Source: Desulfatiglandales bacterium (lineage in GTDB: Bacteria; Desulfobacterota; DSM-4660; Desulfatiglandales; HGW-15). Taken from it: DNA of 64,000 nt. The stretch lies in NCBI GenBank assembly GCA_963667015.2, contig CAXXJJ010000004.1:2528001-2592000 (forward strand). Reading direction: 5' to 3'. The notes under the pieces are model-generated. The model worked only from the letters and a program-made list of their open reading frames with translations, did no database searches and was not told where the DNA came from. Position 1 is the stretch's first letter; each line of letters starts with the position of its first letter. Shown here piece by piece: positions 60,234 to 64,000 of the stretch. The position numbers and the translations under genes were made by a program.

Positions 60234-60890
60234 TTACTTCTTCTCATTCACAAATTCCCGATGTGAATAATTGAACAGTTCTTCCGAAATCTTTCTCAGT
60301 TCAGGTGAACATACTGCCAGCCTGTATTCCCTGCCCTGCGCAAACTTTTTCCAGAAGGGAGGAAGACTGTCCATCCTCGATACCATACCGCCTTCAGGGT
60401 CTTCGGCAATATAATACATCTTTTTAATGCCTGCGTTTATTATACGTGTGAGGCACATGGGGCATGGCTCCATGGAACTTATCAGCACAAGGTCTTCACA
60501 TTTTCTTGGATCAAATCCCGAATTTTTGCCGCCCTTCTTTCTGAGCCGGTCTTCCCACCTTGTCAAAAGGTCCATCTCGCCATGAAGATCGCTCCTGAAA
60601 TAGGGTGAATACTGCCTGTTTCGACCTGTTGCAACTACCTCACCGGTCTTTTCATTCACCAGACAGGCTCCTATTCCTCCTGATCCGTTCTTCAGTGCCA
60701 CCAGCGCCTGTTTGACGACAAGCAGTCCGTAAATATCGTCCCTGTATTCCGGGTCGGGGTTATACGCCTCTATGCGTTTCTCAATATCCGATAGCCCGGC
60801 AGATTGAGTGTCCCCGGCGCTGATAATCCCGGTTGAGAAAAAGAGCATGGCAGATACAAGGCAAAGCAGAGTTTTTAAAAATCTTTCCAT
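60234..60890 (-). CDS. Nucleoside/nucleotide deaminase with N-terminal signal peptide
   Basis: HGE and EPCPMC zinc motifs, IGACLV. Confidence 0.85.
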   Translation of the reverse strand: MERFLKTLLCLVSAMLFFSTGIISAGDTQSAGLSDIEKRIEAYNPDPEYRDDIYGLLVVKQALVALKNGSGGIGACLVNEKTGEVVATGRNRQYSPYFRSDLHGEMDLLTRWEDRLRKKGGKNSGFDPRKCEDLVLISSMEPCPMCLTRIINAGIKKMYYIAEDPEGGMVSRMDSLPPFWKKFAQGREYRLAVCSPELRKISEELFNYSHREFVNEKK

Positions 60891-61035
60891 TGGTTTCCTC
60901 CCTTAGAAAACATGTGGAGTCTTATACATTTTAATTATTCTGTCTTCAAGTCAAAGAGATTTGATAATACTGTATACCCCGTACAGGCCCCGGCTTCAGG
61001 CACCCACCGTACAGGGTATAAAGTCATTATTTTAT

Positions 61036-63297
61036 CTACTGCAGAAGTTTCCGGAAGGGATTGTTAAAGGGCTCGGGTTTCCGTTTCTCCATCCGTTTGT
61101 TCCTGTTGCCTGCGGGTGAAGATTTCTGTTTTGCCGGACCCGGTGAGGTCTCTACAGGATCGGGATTTTCCTTCATGGAAAGGGATATCCTGTTTCGGGC
61201 CAGATCAACTTCCATAACAGTTACCTTGACCCTCTGGTTGACCTTTACCTCCTTATGGGGGTCCTTTACAAAACGGTCTGCAAGCTGACTTACATGAACA
61301 AGCCCGTCCTGGTGAACACCTATATCAACAAAGGCCCCAAAGGCCGTTACATTGGTTATAACCCCGGGGAGTCTCATACCCGGTTTTACGTCTGTTATTT
61401 TTTCAACACCGTCCGTAAATTTAAAAAGCTCAAACTGCTCCCTCGGGTCGCGTCCCGGTTTTGCCAGTTCATCCATGATGTCGGTAAGGGTGGGCATGCC
61501 AATGGAATCGGTGACATATCTTGAGAGATCAATTCCCTTCCTCACATCTTCCTTGCTGATAAGTTCACCAATGGAGCAGTCCACATCCATAGCCATTTTT
61601 TCCACGATATGGTACGCCTCCGGGTGAACCGCGCTTGCGTCCAGGGGATTTACGCCTCCCCTGATCCTTAAAAACCCTGCTGCCTGCTCAAAGGCCTTCG
61701 GCCCAAGCCTGGGGACCTTTTTAAGATCATCACGGCTCGAAAGCGGTCCGTTTTCATCCCTGAACTTTATGATATTCTTTGCCAGCTGCGGGCCAAGGCC
61801 CGACACATAGGCAAAAAGCTGTTCACTTGCGGTGTTCACCTCTACACCTACCCTGTTTACGCAGCTTACCACAACATCATCAAGCCCCTCCTTGAGGGCC
61901 TGCTGGTTAACATCATGCTGGTACTGCCCCACACCTATGGATTTGGGATCGATCTTTACCAGCTCTGCCAGCGGGTCCATGAGCCTGCGGCCTATGGAAA
62001 CAGAACCCCTGTATGATATATCAAGATCAGGGAACTCATTTCTTGCGGCCTCGGATGCGGAGTAGACCGATGCGCCGCTCTCGTTTACCATGGATACGAT
62101 TATCCCGGCGGGCAGGCCCAGGCCTCTTACAAATGTCTCGGTCTCCCTTCCGGCAGTGCCGTTTCCTATGGCAATGGCCTCAACCTCATATTTTGCAGCC
62201 AGGGCCCTTACAATGTTTTCCGCACTCGAAAGTGCCTCGTTTGAACCAAAGGGGTAGATTGTCTCATGGCAGAGAAGTTTTCCCTGGGCGTCCAGGCACA
62301 CCACCTTGCATCCGGTCCTTATTCCGGGGTCAATGGCCATTACCCTTTTCTGGCCCAGAAAGGGAGCAAGAAGCAGCTCCCTCAGGTTGTTTGAAAACAC
62401 GGATATGGCTGTTTCATCTGCCTGTCGCTTTGTCTCAAGGCGTACTTCCGTTTCCATGGACATGGAAAGAAGCCGCCTGTAACAGTCATGTGCAGCCTCA
62501 AGGACCTGTAATGACGCAGGACACTCGCCCTTTACAAAAAGTCCTTCAAGTATCTTAAGGGCCTCTTCCTGCGGAGGGGTGACCTTCATTGTGATAAAGC
62601 CCTCCTTTTCCCCTCTCCGCATGGCGAGTATCCTGTGGGAAGGGGCGTTAACTGCCGGCTCCGACCATTCAAAGTAATCCTTGAACTTTGATCCTTCGGT
62701 CTCCTTGCCCTTGATTATATTTGTCTGGAATATGCTCTTGTCCATGAAGAAGGCCCTCATGGCCTCCCTTGCGGCCTGGTCTTCGTTAATCTTTTCGGCA
62801 ATTATATCCCTTGCGCCGGCCAGCGCATCTTCAACGGATTCCACACCCTTTTCTGCATCAATGTATTTTTCCGCCTCAAGAGCAGGGTCTGTCTCAGCGA
62901 GCTGTTCCCATATAAGGTCTGCAAGGGGTTCAAGGCCCTTTTCCTTTGCCATGGTCGCCCTTGTTCGTCTCTTGGGTTTGTAGGGAAGATATATGTCTTC
63001 AAGTTCGGACATGGTCTGAGCCTTTACTATCTTATCTTCCAGCTCGGGTGTCAGAAGCTCCCTTTCCTTCATGGAATCCAGTATGCTATCCCTGCGTTTA
63101 TCCAGTTCCTTTAACTGTTCCAGTCTGTCCCTTATCTTTATAATTGCAACTTCATCCAGGGTACCTGTTGCCTCTTTCCTGTACCTGGCAATAAAGGGTA
63201 CTGTAGACCCGTCATCCAGGAGTTTTGCAACCGCGTCCACCTGCTGTAATTTAAGACCAAGTTCTTCTGCAATCTTCAATCCATGTTCAATGCTCAT
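61036..63297 (-). CDS. tex: Tex family RNA-binding transcriptional accessory protein
   Basis: TVPFIARYRKEATG, DPGIRTGCK, IGVGQYQHDV, C-terminal S1 domain. Confidence 0.97.
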   Translation of the reverse strand: MSIEHGLKIAEELGLKLQQVDAVAKLLDDGSTVPFIARYRKEATGTLDEVAIIKIRDRLEQLKELDKRRDSILDSMKERELLTPELEDKIVKAQTMSELEDIYLPYKPKRRTRATMAKEKGLEPLADLIWEQLAETDPALEAEKYIDAEKGVESVEDALAGARDIIAEKINEDQAAREAMRAFFMDKSIFQTNIIKGKETEGSKFKDYFEWSEPAVNAPSHRILAMRRGEKEGFITMKVTPPQEEALKILEGLFVKGECPASLQVLEAAHDCYRRLLSMSMETEVRLETKRQADETAISVFSNNLRELLLAPFLGQKRVMAIDPGIRTGCKVVCLDAQGKLLCHETIYPFGSNEALSSAENIVRALAAKYEVEAIAIGNGTAGRETETFVRGLGLPAGIIVSMVNESGASVYSASEAARNEFPDLDISYRGSVSIGRRLMDPLAELVKIDPKSIGVGQYQHDVNQQALKEGLDDVVVSCVNRVGVEVNTASEQLFAYVSGLGPQLAKNIIKFRDENGPLSSRDDLKKVPRLGPKAFEQAAGFLRIRGGVNPLDASAVHPEAYHIVEKMAMDVDCSIGELISKEDVRKGIDLSRYVTDSIGMPTLTDIMDELAKPGRDPREQFELFKFTDGVEKITDVKPGMRLPGVITNVTAFGAFVDIGVHQDGLVHVSQLADRFVKDPHKEVKVNQRVKVTVMEVDLARNRISLSMKENPDPVETSPGPAKQKSSPAGNRNKRMEKRKPEPFNNPFRKLLQ

Positions 63298-63309
63298 TCT
63301 TTCCCTTTC

Positions 63310-64000
63310 CTATGAATCATATTCTATTGTCTTATCAAATACCACATCAGGGTAGTCCTTCATTGCCCTCTCCAAATGCCATTCACTGGGGGCAAGAAAG
63401 GTAAGCTGGCCTTCGGCATTAAATGCAAGGTTGCTGGAATTTTTCTTTTCAAAATCCTTCATCTGTTTCGGGTTATCAGAACTCACCCATCTTGCGGTTA
63501 TATATCTTGAAGGCTCAAAAACCGTTTCAGCCCCGTACTCCTTTAAAAGGCGTGCAGCAGTAACCTCAAACTGGAGAACACCTACTGCACCAAGGATATA
63601 CTCGCTGCTGTTGACAGGCCTGAACACCTGGATTGCACCCTCTTCCGCAAGATGAAGCAGTCCCTTTGAAAGCTGTTTAGTCTTCATGGGATTTTTTATC
63701 CTGATGACCCTGAAATGCTGTGGTGCAAAACTCGGGATACCGGTAAACCTGAGGGGCTCTTTATCCGTAAATGTATCGCCTATCTTTATGGTGCCGTGAT
63801 TGTGTATGCCTATGATGTCGCCCGGGTAGGCCTCTTCAACATTTTCCCTGTCCTGGGCCATGAGAATGGTGGCATTTCCCAGCGAAACCTGTTTTCCGAT
63901 CCTGTGGTGCATCACCTTCATACCCCTTGTAAACTTCCCGGAACAGACACGCATAAAGGCTATTCTGTCGCGGTGTGCAGGGTCCATGTTAGCCTGTATC
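63310..64000 (-). CDS. prfC: Peptide chain release factor 3 (C-terminal part; continues beyond window)
   Basis: [44 protein letters not shown]. Confidence 0.97.
   Translation of the reverse strand, partial: IQANMDPAHRDRIAFMRVCSGKFTRGMKVMHHRIGKQVSLGNATILMAQDRENVEEAYPGDIIGIHNHGTIKIGDTFTDKEPLRFTGIPSFAPQHFRVIRIKNPMKTKQLSKGLLHLAEEGAIQVFRPVNSSEYILGAVGVLQFEVTAARLLKEYGAETVFEPSRYITARWVSSDNPKQMKDFEKKNSSNLAFNAEGQLTFLAPSEWHLERAMKDYPDVVFDKTIEYDS

Overview
Bacterial chromosomal window, most likely from an anaerobic deltaproteobacterium/Desulfobacterota (inferred from gene content and REP types). It has four parts. (1) 1-14.4 kb: accessory region with five toxin-antitoxin modules interleaved with REP-like palindromes, plus scattered metabolic genes. 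(2) About 14.7-46.2 kb: a metal/cofactor acquisition island with three TonB-dependent receptor + SAM methyltransferase + ABC transporter cassettes, three FmdE-family proteins, CooT, DUF3842, DUF4198, DUF3786, a TrmO/TsaA homologue and a formate/nitrite channel. (3) 46-57.6 kb: lipoproteins, a diguanylate cyclase and a sigma54/two-component cluster. (4) Housekeeping genes (PfkB kinase, tex, 3' part of prfC). The main observation is a conserved leader element present six times in the island, each time upstream of a gene block. It consists of a sigma70-like promoter (5 of 6 copies), a first hairpin with a C-(A)(N)GAA-G loop, a variable linker, and a second hairpin (G/A)GCC-AYGAA-GGU(C/U) that overlaps the 5' arm of an intrinsic terminator. 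It shows compensatory base changes and looks like a dual-hairpin antitermination (attenuation) system that I cannot assign to a known riboswitch or canonical ANTAR family. Other notable items: a CooT/methyltransferase chimera formed by microhomology deletion, a radical SAM gene disrupted by a 20-nt tandem duplication, and a frameshifted hybrid histidine kinase. All family assignments come from motif recognition by eye, without database searches.
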